Shown one piece after another: positions 1 through 9,220 of a stretch of 64,000 bases of DNA. The stretch's first letter is position 1. The number at the start of each line of letters is the position of its first letter. The translations under genes and the position numbers were made by a program. A model generated the notes under the pieces. It worked only from the letters and a program-made list of their open reading frames with translations. It did no database searches and was not told the origin of the DNA. Origin of the DNA: an uncultured archaeon (GTDB lineage Archaea > Thermoproteota > Nitrososphaeria > Nitrososphaerales > Gagatemarchaeaceae); contig CAWFOU010000001.1 of NCBI GenBank assembly GCA_963817525.1, positions 480,001 to 544,000 on the forward strand, given 5' to 3'.

Positions 1-1
1 C

Positions 2-937
2 GAAGGGATTCTATTCCTCAACGCGGGCGGGACGATAACGGGCGATACTGTCCAAAATGTATACCTCCCTCCGTCGCTTGCGGGCTGCCAGCCCGGCCTT
101 GGCATCGAAGTCCAGACGGCATCACCATTTTCCTCTTCAGTCACGATATCGAACAACCAGGTGCTGAACTATAACAAGAACGGGATAACGTGCAACGACG
201 CGGGAACAACCTGTAACGTCAACCAGAACACTGTGACCTTCTATGTCGCCTCTGTGGCAGGGGCGCCAGCATCCTCTTACGCCCAGTACATCGCCCCCAA
301 CGGCATCCAGATAGCCTATAGTGCGGTGGGCACCGTGTCCGACAACACTGTGAGCGGCAACGAGTGCAACCTGGCCGCCCCGTCGTGCGGCCCGGACATA
401 GCGACCGAGTACCAGGGCGCTGGGATTCTCACTTACGAGTCTGGCGCCGGGACGGTCTTGAGAGGGAACACGGTCACTGGTAATGACGTGGGAATCCTGA
501 CAGCCGACGATGCGGCCGTATCCACAGCTAACCAGATCCAAGACAACAGGTACGAGGGCATACTGCTCAACGACGGAACTTATTCGCCGACCAACAACAA
601 CATCTCTTGCGATCACTTGGCAACATGCCAAGTCGCAATCGGGGTAGACTCGGACGGATATGCGGCAGCCCCGACCGTCGCGACGCTCGGCTACAGTAAC
701 AACTTCAACGGCAAATTCGCGACTGCCCTTGTCCAAGGTGTCGCCTACACCGGCGGCAACGAGGGCGGGACGAACTCGGAACCGGCAACGATGTCCATCA
801 ACGGCTTCTCGGAGACCGTGACTCCCAGCTCCTGCACTCCAACGGCTCCGGCGCCACCCTCGGTTGTGCCCTTGGCTCCAGGAACGACGTGCACAATTGC
901 GCCATCCTTTGCCAACATCACGAGCATCCCCGGCTAG
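2..937 (+). CDS. Secreted right-handed beta-helix (pectin-lyase-like/NosD-type repeat) protein, 5' truncated
   Basis: Frame is open from position 2; repeated GI-x(n)-I/V-x-x-N-x-V/I motifs (GIQIAYSAVGTVSDNTV, GILLNDGTYSPTNNNI); Ser/Thr/Asn/Cys rich. Confidence 0.7.
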   Translation, partial: EGILFLNAGGTITGDTVQNVYLPPSLAGCQPGLGIEVQTASPFSSSVTISNNQVLNYNKNGITCNDAGTTCNVNQNTVTFYVASVAGAPASSYAQYIAPNGIQIAYSAVGTVSDNTVSGNECNLAAPSCGPDIATEYQGAGILTYESGAGTVLRGNTVTGNDVGILTADDAAVSTANQIQDNRYEGILLNDGTYSPTNNNISCDHLATCQVAIGVDSDGYAAAPTVATLGYSNNFNGKFATALVQGVAYTGGNEGGTNSEPATMSINGFSETVTPSSCTPTAPAPPSVVPLAPGTTCTIAPSFANITSIPG

Positions 938-1027
938 GTCTTGCCGTAACCTACGCGAAACAGCAAGCCAAGCGTAGCCGGCTTCATGGGGTAGGCCCGC
1001 GGGCACCCCATTGTTTAGGGGGCATGA

Positions 1028-1053
1028 ATATCGACGTCGATATCGTGGTCGAT
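1028..1053. repeat. Intergenic palindrome ATATCGACGTCGATAT plus a degenerate second unit
   Basis: Perfect 16-bp palindrome at 1028-1043; related copies at 2678, 4556 and 6523. Confidence 0.8.
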
Positions 1054-1220
1054 ACGTCTCGCGACGTTCGTACGACTTCTTGTTGCGTGACCTTCACGAG
1101 GTCGTTCTAACCCTTGGCGAGCTGCCGGGCCTGCAAGAAAACCTCCCCTCAGGGCGTCTCTCCAGGATAGGCTGGAGGTTAAGCCGGTGTACCGTCTGTC
1201 TGTGCCCTTTTTCCCGGGCC

Positions 1221-1670
1221 CTAGACTGGTGCCGGTCCAGCCTCATCTATGGAGATCAGCTCATTCCACGCGTTGCAAATCTGCCATGCGTATTTGGCGA
1301 ACCCCGAAGTGTTCGCCCTTGCCGGGATGATCTGGATCTTCAGCTGGTACACCGGCTGAGTCCTCTTTAGCCTGTCGTTCCACGCGGGGACGTCCTTTTC
1401 TATGAAGCCGAGGACGAGGAGCTTTCGGAGGAGCTTGGTGTAGAAGTTGTGGTAAGAGTACTTTACGCCAAACTCGCCCGTCTGGAGCTGCTCAGCAAAC
1501 ACCCGGAGCTGCTTTCGGGTCATGGACAGTTTCGTATCCTGGTTCTCTTTCATCTTTCGGATCAGGAGGAGCGCGGCGTCGACCGTCTCCTTCCTCTGGC
1601 CAAAGATCAGAGACATTATGCTGCCCTTTGCGATCTCCCTCTCATCCCAGTACAGCTTCACAGACTTCAT
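1221..1670 (-). CDS. Hypothetical protein, possibly winged-helix DNA-binding
   Basis: ORF 1221..1772 with likely start MKSVKLYWDE (ATG at 1670); FYTKLLRKLLVLGFIEK followed by a beta hairpin resembles a wHTH. Confidence 0.6.
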   Translation of the reverse strand: MKSVKLYWDEREIAKGSIMSLIFGQRKETVDAALLLIRKMKENQDTKLSMTRKQLRVFAEQLQTGEFGVKYSYHNFYTKLLRKLLVLGFIEKDVPAWNDRLKRTQPVYQLKIQIIPARANTSGFAKYAWQICNAWNELISIDEAGPAPV

Positions 1671-1985
1671 GCGCCCACGTGCATACCATAGAACGCTAAA
1701 TAAGCGCAATGTCCCTTTTGCGTCATTGGATTTTGAAAACGGCGAAAACGTTAGTGTACCCAAAAGGGACACAGACCCCCCCCAGGGAGCAAACCAGGGT
1801 GATGGCTGGGCAAGGTCATATCCAGGCGCAAGTTGTGACCCTGGGAGGGAACTGGGGACGCCACCGTCAGTCGACGCAAGAGCCGCCGCGGATCATTGGA
1901 CTGCCCGGACGGTCCACGCTCAAGCACTGGCCCACGGAGGACACTTCTAGACCGATTACCCCATGATGTCCGGCCTCTAGAAACC

Positions 1986-2399
1986 TCATTCGGAGACGCT
2001 TTGCTCGTCCTTTGGGTTGTCCTGGAAAAGCTTGAGACCGAATTCCTTCATCCTCTCAAAGTGCCTGACGTCGTGGGTGAGCAGTTCCGCCCTATGGTTG
2101 ATTGCAATCGCAGCGATCATGGTATCCATGCGTCTTATCATGGCTCCTTTCCTTTCTAGGCCGACTTCGATTCTGCTGGAAAGCCTGGCGTCTTCGGCGG
2201 TGAAGGCTATCGTGTCCAGGCTGGCGACGCCTTCTCCGGGTTTGGCGGTCTTCAAACAGCCATAAAGAATTTCGTGAAGGTTCAGGGAAGTCGTCCAGAC
2301 CTCGTCTTCCACTGCTTCGAGCTTGCTGACCGTCTCATCACCTCGCTCCGACTGCTTGTCGAAGATATCGATCAGTACGTCGGTATCAAGAATGATCAA
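1986..2399 (-). CDS. vapC: VapC PIN-domain toxin
   Basis: IILDTDVLID, E in NLHEILYG, DTMIAAIA and LLTHDVRHF PIN motifs. Confidence 0.92.
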   Translation of the reverse strand: MIILDTDVLIDIFDKQSERGDETVSKLEAVEDEVWTTSLNLHEILYGCLKTAKPGEGVASLDTIAFTAEDARLSSRIEVGLERKGAMIRRMDTMIAAIAINHRAELLTHDVRHFERMKEFGLKLFQDNPKDEQSVSE

Positions 2400-2617
2400 T
2401 ACCGTTTCTCATCTCTTTTAGCTGTCGACAAGCGGAGAAAGACCTCTCTCTCATCGGCATTCTTGAATTCGATTGAGCCGCGGAGCCGCTTGAGCGCTTC
2501 AAATGAGCCTCGCCTTCTTGAAAGCCGCTCAAAGAGCTCGCTGAAGCTCTCGTCTTCATTTTTTATGGCCACTAGCTTCTTGTAGACGTCATCCCTGATT
2601 GTGAGCGTCTTTACCAT
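2396..2617 (-). CDS. vapB: VapB antitoxin (DUF217-type)
   Basis: MVKTLTIRDDVYKKLVAIKNEDESFSELFERL; overlaps vapC by 4 bp. Confidence 0.88.
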   Translation of the reverse strand: MVKTLTIRDDVYKKLVAIKNEDESFSELFERLSRRRGSFEALKRLRGSIEFKNADEREVFLRLSTAKRDEKRY

Positions 2618-2713
2618 GCCGTTATCAATGACCACTTTCTATTTAAACATAAACGTAAACACACAGTATCCGCCTGGATGTCGGCGTCGACATGGCAATG
2701 CACATCGCACGAC

Positions 2714-2902
2714 TCAGCTTGGAACTGGACGGGTCCTCAGACCCATCCTGGTCGGGGACGCCTTCGATGGCTGGGTCCGGATTTCAGCCTTGGTCGGGTC
2801 AATCCCTTTTCCCCTGAGCTCTTTGGCGAGCGTTTTCAGGTCGAGGGCTTCTGCGACCCTCTTTCCATCCCAATATCCCACAAATGTTGTCTTCCTAGAC
2901 AC
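2714..2902 (-). CDS. Small hypothetical protein (DUF5678-like) coupled to the PIN gene
   Basis: GTG start overlaps the PIN stop (TAGTG); FVGYWDGKRVAEALDLKTLAKELRGKG pattern. Confidence 0.5.
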   Translation of the reverse strand: MSRKTTFVGYWDGKRVAEALDLKTLAKELRGKGIDPTKAEIRTQPSKASPTRMGLRTRPVPS

Positions 2903-3363
2903 TAAGGGCTTCCCTCACCGGATGACAAGAAAATCGGCGCAATCTCAAACGGTCGCTTCTTCGCTTCGCGAGTGAGTTCCGCCTCCTCCTTCGCGAAGAG
3001 GGGAGTCGCTCCAGTTACTTTCGCAACGGCGAAGGTAAAGCAATCGACAAAGGAAATCGCCCTCTCGCATTTAAGCTCGGAGGCGAGCTCATGGATTCGA
3101 AGATCTTCTTCAAGTCTTACGAAACCGGAGTCGAGCAAGTCGCGTACCGCAGCTTGGGCCCTATCGCGCCCGAGCCTTCTGCAAATCACGTAAGACGCTT
3201 CTGCCAGATTTACGCGGCTCGTATAGGCGATCACGTCTTCCTGCTGAAGAATGGAATACATGGACCTCCCCAGCCCTGAGTCACTGAAAATCTCGACCAG
3301 GACGCTGGAGTCGAGAGCGAGCTTACCCTTGACCGAGGAGATGACGCTCAAGAGCTTCCTCAT
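2902..3363 (-). CDS. vapC: PIN-domain (VapC-like) toxin
   Basis: LALDSSVLVE, NLAEASY and ISFVDCFTFAVA motifs. Confidence 0.88.
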   Translation of the reverse strand: MRKLLSVISSVKGKLALDSSVLVEIFSDSGLGRSMYSILQQEDVIAYTSRVNLAEASYVICRRLGRDRAQAAVRDLLDSGFVRLEEDLRIHELASELKCERAISFVDCFTFAVAKVTGATPLFAKEEAELTREAKKRPFEIAPIFLSSGEGSP

Positions 3364-3607
3364 GCCTCCTATCTTCTTCGCGACCCTCCCTTAGGATCTT
3401 TCTGAACTCTTCGGAGGGAACTCCAGAGCCTACCATGGCCCTTCGGAGGAATTCGGGATTCCTCTTGGACCTGAGGAGGAGCCATTCGATCGCATCCTCG
3501 TAGTCAACTTTTTCTCCTCGTTTGGATTGAAGTTCGGCGGCCACCTTCAGGAGCTCACCACGAGTCTTCTCCGAGATGGTGATTGTCGTCATCTTCATGG
3601 TTTCCAT
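3323..3607 (-). CDS. Antitoxin, RHH/VapB-like
   Basis: MTTITISEKTRGELLKVAAELQSKRGEKVDYEDAIEWLL; directly upstream of the PIN gene. Confidence 0.75.
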   Translation of the reverse strand: METMKMTTITISEKTRGELLKVAAELQSKRGEKVDYEDAIEWLLLRSKRNPEFLRRAMVGSGVPSEEFRKILREGREEDRRHEEALERHLLGQG

Positions 3608-3707
3608 TGTCACAATAGGTTCTATTGGTATTTAAACGCGTGTGGCACCAGCGACCGTGGCGAACGACGCCAATCTTAACTACCGACGGCGCAAGCTCAG
3701 CTGAAGA

Positions 3708-4553
3708 TTGCCCAAGAGCGAAGTCGCAAGGACCGCGCTCTTCGTCGCGGCCGTCAGAGCCAGAGAGAACCTACGCTCAAACCGCCTCTTCGAGGACGAC
3801 CTCTCCTCGTCACTGGCGGGGCCGGAAGGGCGCTCCTGGCTCGCTGCAAGCGAGAGGAACCCCGCGAGCAACTACCACCGCGACAGCTTCCCATACATTG
3901 AGGTCAGGACACGCTACTTCGACGACTGGGCCCAGAAGGCCGCAATGGGCGGCGGCGCGAGACAGTTCGTCGTCCTGGGAGCTGGAATGGACACGAGGGC
4001 GTTTCGTCTATCGTGGCCAGCGGGACTTCGCCTCTGGGAGGTCGACACTTCTGAGCTGTTTGCACTAAAAGAAGAGCGTTTGCATTCGGCTGGCGCAAAG
4101 GCGAAGTGCGAACGCTCCGTGGTGGAGGCAGACCTCGCCTCGCCCGACTGGCCTCGCGCGCTGATACACGAAGGGCTCAAACGGACGACCCCGACCACCT
4201 GGCTCGCGGAGGGCCTCTTCCAATACCTCCCGGCCAAGGACGTAGACCAAATCCTCGACGGAGCTGCCTCGCTATCGCCGCCGGGCAGTCGACTCGGGGC
4301 GGAGATCGCCTCTGCGGACTACTTGCGGCGCGAGTCCAACGCGGCGACCTTGAGGGCAAGAAAAGACCGCGGGACCCCCTGGGTATTCGGCACAAATGAT
4401 CCCGAGTCGCTCTTCGAAGCTAGCGGTTGGGCGGTCGATGGGAAGGTCTCCGCACTCGAGGAGGCAGTCACCCTCGGTAGATGGCCCGGCGAGGCTTATC
4501 GTTCCATATCCAGGCCGCCCGGCGCAACGTTCGTGACAACGACAAGGGAGTAG
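3708..4553 (+). CDS. SAM-dependent methyltransferase, leucine carboxyl methyltransferase (LCM) family
   Basis: TALFVAAVRARE, VRTRYFDD, QFVVLGAGMDTRAFRL and WLAEGLFQYL motifs. Confidence 0.92.
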   Translation: MPKSEVARTALFVAAVRARENLRSNRLFEDDLSSSLAGPEGRSWLAASERNPASNYHRDSFPYIEVRTRYFDDWAQKAAMGGGARQFVVLGAGMDTRAFRLSWPAGLRLWEVDTSELFALKEERLHSAGAKAKCERSVVEADLASPDWPRALIHEGLKRTTPTTWLAEGLFQYLPAKDVDQILDGAASLSPPGSRLGAEIASADYLRRESNAATLRARKDRGTPWVFGTNDPESLFEASGWAVDGKVSALEEAVTLGRWPGEAYRSISRPPGATFVTTTRE

Positions 4554-4555
4554 CC

Positions 4556-4579
4556 ATCGACGTCGATATCGACGTCGAT
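4556..4579. repeat. 24-bp perfect palindrome (ATCGACGTCGAT x2)
   Basis: Read directly; lies between convergent genes. Confidence 0.9.
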
Positions 4580-4630
4580 TATAGCTGGTGCCGCCCTAAA
4601 CGGGCAAATCCCAAACCCGTCGGCTCGAGC

Positions 4631-4840
4631 TCACTCTACGACGTAAGCGTCGGCCGGAGGCAACTGTCTGGGGCCCACCTTTGCGACCCTGCGGACGAAA
4701 CGCGTGATGGGCTTCCTCATCCACACGACGATGATCGCGTCGAAGATCGCGTACCCTAGCCCCAGAAAGATGTTGGCCTGCGTTATCCCTATCGTGTATG
4801 CGACCATCACGCTGGTCACGTCCACGACCGATGCGACCAA
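4631..4840 (-). CDS. Small membrane protein (2 TM)
   Basis: Hydrophobic segments followed by a basic tail; start uncertain. Confidence 0.5.
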   Translation of the reverse strand: MVASVVDVTSVMVAYTIGITQANIFLGLGYAIFDAIIVVWMRKPITRFVRRVAKVGPRQLPPADAYVVE

Positions 4841-5029
4841 GTTCTCAAAGACCTCGTGGTTGCTAATCGCGGTCGTCGTTTGTCAGGCACCAGAATCTCT
4901 TTGCCAGCTAATAACCTGTCAGAATCTCAAAATCTGATTCGTCTGCTCGCCGAAAAATCGTGAGAGGGCAAAGAAGCGCCCCCCGTGGGGCAAAGTGAAA
5001 AAAGGGAGAAAAGAAACCAGGCCGTCTGC

Positions 5030-6088
5030 CTAGTTTCTCGATTTGGATCCGATGCTGATCGGACCCATTTGGAAGCCTTGCTTCTGCTGAGAGAGGAACG
5101 TGCTCTCGACGCCAGTCAGGACAACCATGACCCTCGCGGATCCGCGCATGTTGGGTTCGACGCGTGCGCCCCAGACTATCCTCGTGCTCGGGGGTAGCGA
5201 TTTGGTCACGAGCTCTCCGGCCCGCGTTACCTCCTCGAGGCTGACGTCGTCTCCGCCTGACACGTGCACCAGGACGCCCTTCGACTTCGTGACGTCCTTG
5301 ATGTCCAGTAGTTGCCCGTCGATGGCCTGCCTTACTGCGATCTCGACCCTGTCCGCTCCGGTCGCTTGGCCCACGCCTATCGCGGCCAACCCTCTCCTCT
5401 CCATGATAGCCCTTAGGTCTGCGTAGTCGATGTTGATGAGACTGGCTGTGGTGATGGTCTCGGTGATGCCCTTGATGAACTGGCCTACCAGCTCATTGGC
5501 GACGCCAAGCGCCTGCTGAAGCGGGAGGTCTCCCGCAACTTTCGATAGCTTGGTGTTGTCGATGGCCACGACTGTGTCACAATACTCCCTCAACCTCGTG
5601 AGAGCCTTCTTCGCGTTCTCGTAGCGGTAGGACTCGATTGAAAATGGTAGCGTGACCACTCCGATCGTCAGGCCGCCGTTGCCCCTCAGCTCCCTCGCGA
5701 GAGCCTGGATGGCGCCGGTGCCCGTCCCTCCGCCGAGACCTGCGCATAGGAAGGTGATGTTCGACCCGTTTACCTCCTTCTTGAGCTCCGACATGCTCTC
5801 CATCGCGGCCCGCTCGCCGCGCTCCGGATAGCCGCCGCAGCCCGTTCCATGGGTGAGCTTCTCACCGATAAGGAGCCGTCTGTCTGCTTTTGTGATTCCG
5901 AGGTGTGCTGCGTCTGTGTTTGCTGCGATGAGCTTGCCTCCGGAAACGCCGCGCTGCTTGATCCAAGAGACGATGTTGCTTCCAGCGCCTCCCAGCCCGA
6001 CAACCGCGACGTTGGGGCGAGCCATACGCATTGCTTGTTCGATGCGTTCTGCTTCCAAGAAGTCCGTGCCTTCCGTAGACAGTTCCAT
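5030..6088 (-). CDS. ftsZ: Cell division GTPase FtsZ (FtsZ2-like)
   Basis: VVGLGGAGSN, AANTD, GLGGGTGTG signature, T7 loop SLINIDYAD, IVWGAR; start could be 6088 or 6097. Confidence 0.95.
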   Translation of the reverse strand: MELSTEGTDFLEAERIEQAMRMARPNVAVVGLGGAGSNIVSWIKQRGVSGGKLIAANTDAAHLGITKADRRLLIGEKLTHGTGCGGYPERGERAAMESMSELKKEVNGSNITFLCAGLGGGTGTGAIQALARELRGNGGLTIGVVTLPFSIESYRYENAKKALTRLREYCDTVVAIDNTKLSKVAGDLPLQQALGVANELVGQFIKGITETITTASLINIDYADLRAIMERRGLAAIGVGQATGADRVEIAVRQAIDGQLLDIKDVTKSKGVLVHVSGGDDVSLEEVTRAGELVTKSLPPSTRIVWGARVEPNMRGSARVMVVLTGVESTFLSQQKQGFQMGPISIGSKSRN

Positions 6089-6216
6089 GTTCCTCAAGCC
6101 CTGTCACAGAGGATAAAAGCCCCATGAATATGTAGCCTGAACGGGCGCTTCATCAGCCGTAAATAGATGACGAATCACGCACAAAACTGGAGTCGGAATA
6201 TACAAATCCGGACAAA

Positions 6217-6276
6217 CGCCTCAATTATGAGGCGATTATGAGGCGATTGCCCCCTTCCGCCAGCCCGGGTGAGGCG
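6217..6276. promoter_or_regulatory. Candidate operator: CGCCTCA-ATTA-TGAGGCG inverted repeat plus extra TGAGGCG copies
   Basis: TGAGGCG at 6228, 6239 and 6270, with its complement at 6217, in the divergent ftsZ/Zn-finger intergenic region. Confidence 0.5.
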
Positions 6277-6313
6277 CAAGGTTTTTCTATATACTCACTA
6301 TACAATACGTCGG

Positions 6314-6466
6314 ATGTCGCAACAGGGTAGAACCGAGCACGTTTGTGCTTTTTGCACGCTAGTGATACAAATCGGGTACGAAGAGCTCACCGACAACGAT
6401 GTCGCGAAGGTGGCGACCCACATGAGGATCGCCCACGGCTTGCAGCGATACGAGATCCAGGCCTGA
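6314..6466 (+). CDS. Small C2H2-like zinc-finger protein
   Basis: CAFC...HMRIAHGLQRYEIQA; TATA-like tract about 25 bp upstream; paralogs at 9375 and 22029. Confidence 0.7.
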   Translation: MSQQGRTEHVCAFCTLVIQIGYEELTDNDVAKVATHMRIAHGLQRYEIQA

Positions 6467-6616
6467 GAGCATCCCAAGACGCCGTCTGCTGCGCCAACAA
6501 ACAAGTCTTTACAGGCTGAAATAACGACGTCGATATCGATGTTGATGGATGTGGCCGGAGGCGTGGACCCGACCGATTCGTATTTCAACTAGCCAAGATA
6601 GCCCCGGGACACCAGG

Positions 6617-7371
6617 ATGTCAAAAGCCCCCAAGAGAGGAAAGCTCAGGAACCCCCCAAAGGGGCGCCGATACGCCTACATGGCGGTCGGGGCAATCCTG
6701 ATCGTGGCGATAGTTTCGGGGATCTACGTATACGGCGCGGGCCTCCAAGCAGCCAAGAGCAGCACCACTTCGGGAGGGTTCGCCAACCCGCCTTGCACGT
6801 CTTCTCTTCGACCAGTTCGACGAGCGGGGCCAACGGGACGTACGCCCTGATATGCACCAACCTGGGGTTGATCACAGTGCAGCTGTTCCCTGCCCAGGCT
6901 CCCAAGACGGTGGCTAACTTCGTCAGTCTGGCCAACTCGGGATTCTACGACGACCTCGTCTGGCACAGGATCGTCGCCGGCTTTGTGATACAGGTGGGCG
7001 ACCCCAACACAAAGAACGGAGGGGGCAACAGGACTACGTGGGGCCAGGGCACGTCGGGCACCAGCATCCCCTTCGAGAACAGCAGCCTCAGCAACACCAT
7101 CGGGACGATAGCTATGGCGAGCACCGGAGCAGGGTTGGGGGGAAGCTCGCAGTTCTATATCAACCTGGCCAACAACGCCGCCTCTCTCGACGGGAAGTAC
7201 GCCGTCTTTGGCCAAGTGGTGAGCGGGATGAGCGTGGTCGACGCCCTCGCGAAGGTCCCTCTCGTTGACACGACTTCGTGCGCTTCTGCCAGCCCTACCG
7301 CGACGGCCTGCGAGCCTGCAAGCGCTGCTTCAGCCTACATAGTCAGTGTCACGATCCAGAGCACCCCCTAA
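6617..7371 (+). CDS. Membrane-anchored cyclophilin-type peptidyl-prolyl isomerase (frameshift near 6805)
   Basis: N-terminal basic+TM segment in one frame; APKTVANF, WHRIVAGFVIQVGDP, SQFYIN and LDGKYAVFGQV in the next. Confidence 0.88.
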
Positions 7372-7406
7372 GCCGGTAAAGTGCTGTTCCGATAGAATCC
7401 TGTCGC

Positions 7407-8207
7407 TCAGACAACGAAGACGAGAACGCTGAGGAGCAGCGGCACGAAAGTGACCACCCAGAGCAACTTGCTCCAGCGGAACACCTTAGCCCCGTCAAGG
7501 GGCATGATCGGCACCATGTTGAACGTAGCAAGGAAGAGGTTTACGGGGAATCCAATGAGCCCGATGTCGTAAACAATCCCAGTTCCTACTGTTCTTACAA
7601 GTAAGAAGATAATCGCTATCACGACGTTCGTTGCGGGGCCCGCCAGCGAGATGATTCCGTACTGCCTGACGCTGACGTTGTTCCCCGAAATGTAGGTCGC
7701 CCCGGGAGCCGCAAAGATGAACCCGAGCGTGGAGGTGATGAGCGCCAGGACGATTCCCATCACCCAAATCCGGAACTCCGCCCAGTATCCATATCTCTCC
7801 GCCGTGAACTTGTGCATCAGCTCGTGGAGGACGAACCCGCTACCAACCGCAACGAACGAGACCACAAATAACAGCACAAGGCCGCCTGCCCCGAACACCG
7901 CGCCACCCAGTAGCCCGCCGCTATACGCGATCGTGAACGCAAGAGCGAGGGCTGCCCAAGCGACAAGGATGTCCCTGACTTCCTTTTGGGAGAAGAGGTA
8001 CGGGCTGCCAGGGGTGTGGCTCGAAGTGCCCGAGTAGATTGACCCGTCCCAAGACCGCGTAGTTGCTGGGTTCGCGACGATCCTCCTGGTCAGGTCCCCC
8101 CTGCACGCGTGCGCCTCGGGCAAGCGGTGCTCCGCGCAGAAGGTCCCCCCGCAGTAGTTGCAGGTGAAGGGAAGGTCTTCCTCCTTTCCGCAAAAGTCGC
8201 ACTTCAA
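7407..8207 (-). CDS. AN1-type zinc finger fused to M50 (site-2) membrane metalloprotease
   Basis: CDFC-CNYC-CAEHRLPEAHAC; HELMH; AGPATN; FNMVPIMPLDG. Confidence 0.9.
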   Translation of the reverse strand: MKCDFCGKEEDLPFTCNYCGGTFCAEHRLPEAHACRGDLTRRIVANPATTRSWDGSIYSGTSSHTPGSPYLFSQKEVRDILVAWAALALAFTIAYSGGLLGGAVFGAGGLVLLFVVSFVAVGSGFVLHELMHKFTAERYGYWAEFRIWVMGIVLALITSTLGFIFAAPGATYISGNNVSVRQYGIISLAGPATNVVIAIIFLLVRTVGTGIVYDIGLIGFPVNLFLATFNMVPIMPLDGAKVFRWSKLLWVVTFVPLLLSVLVFVV

Positions 8208-8257
8208 TTAGTTAGCTGACGGGGCTTGCGGCATTATTTAATGATGATTCACTGCAT

Positions 8258-8470
8258 TCAGCGGATGCGCCTATAAGCGAGGACGCAGACCGCGATCACA
8301 GGGATGTACACCAATATCGCGTACGTGACGCTTAGTGGGTCGGAACCGAAGTCCGCTATTGGCGCGCCCGCGATCAATATCAGCACGAAGAGGAGGAGGA
8401 CTAACATAACGACAAGGATGGCCACTTTCACACCCTTCTTCTGCCCTGCAGTCAGTTCCTCGTTGCTCAA
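8258..8470 (-). CDS. Small 2-TM membrane protein
   Basis: Two hydrophobic helices; abuts the upstream gene. Confidence 0.65.
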   Translation of the reverse strand: MSNEELTAGQKKGVKVAILVVMLVLLLFVLILIAGAPIADFGSDPLSVTYAILVYIPVIAVCVLAYRRIR

Positions 8471-9220
8471 CTAAGTAACACCTCCTGCGTTAGCCACCGC
8501 GATCATCACGTCCGCTATTATGGTCAGGAGCACCGCGACGAGCAAGATGGTCACAATTAGTCTGAAGGCGAACCTTGCCGACTTGGCGCCAGTGTTGTAA
8601 CTGTCCTTGAGGAATAGCCCCTCAATCCTACCGAGTATGGTCACAGGTCTCTTTTGAAGAATTGTGAAGTTGAAAAGCAAGTCATAGAAAAAGATGAGGC
8701 AGAACCATCCTACGAAGTTGTAGATTGGCACCCCGAGGATGTAAACGGACGGGTTGATCCACTGCCACAAGGTATTCGAGATGGCCACCGGGTCGATAAG
8801 GAGGTCTATGTTGACTGCCAAGAGCCCCGCGCAAGCTGCCTGCAAGAACGGGCTCCTACCGGGAAGGAGAACCTCGTGGAAGATCACGAAGAGAGAAAGT
8901 GCGACAATCACCCACCCGAGTTCGACCCAGAGAGGAACGCGTCCCACCCAGAAGATATAGCCAGGGTAATGCGGCCCGAACAGTCCGGCATAGGTGTAGT
9001 ATGTGTATGACCCTGCTATCACGCCCAGGTTCTCGATTATGGATGTCCAAAGGATGGAGCCTGCAAGGAAGTACGCGGCCTTCTCGTTGCCGTAGACCTT
9101 AGCGCCCGCGAACGCGACGATGCAGGCTATGACTATCGTCCCAAGCTCCGCCGTGACCGGAACATACCAGGGCAGCACAGCTAGGCGCATCCTCCTAGGC
9201 CAGATGACGCCACCTCCCAA
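8471..9220 (-). CDS. Carotenoid biosynthesis (CruF/DUF422-like) membrane protein
   Basis: ENLGV..G.Y.Y, VPLWVELGW, DLLIDPVA and GVPIYNFVGWF motifs. Confidence 0.72.
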   Translation of the reverse strand: MGGGVIWPRRMRLAVLPWYVPVTAELGTIVIACIVAFAGAKVYGNEKAAYFLAGSILWTSIIENLGVIAGSYTYYTYAGLFGPHYPGYIFWVGRVPLWVELGWVIVALSLFVIFHEVLLPGRSPFLQAACAGLLAVNIDLLIDPVAISNTLWQWINPSVYILGVPIYNFVGWFCLIFFYDLLFNFTILQKRPVTILGRIEGLFLKDSYNTGAKSARFAFRLIVTILLVAVLLTIIADVMIAVANAGGVT

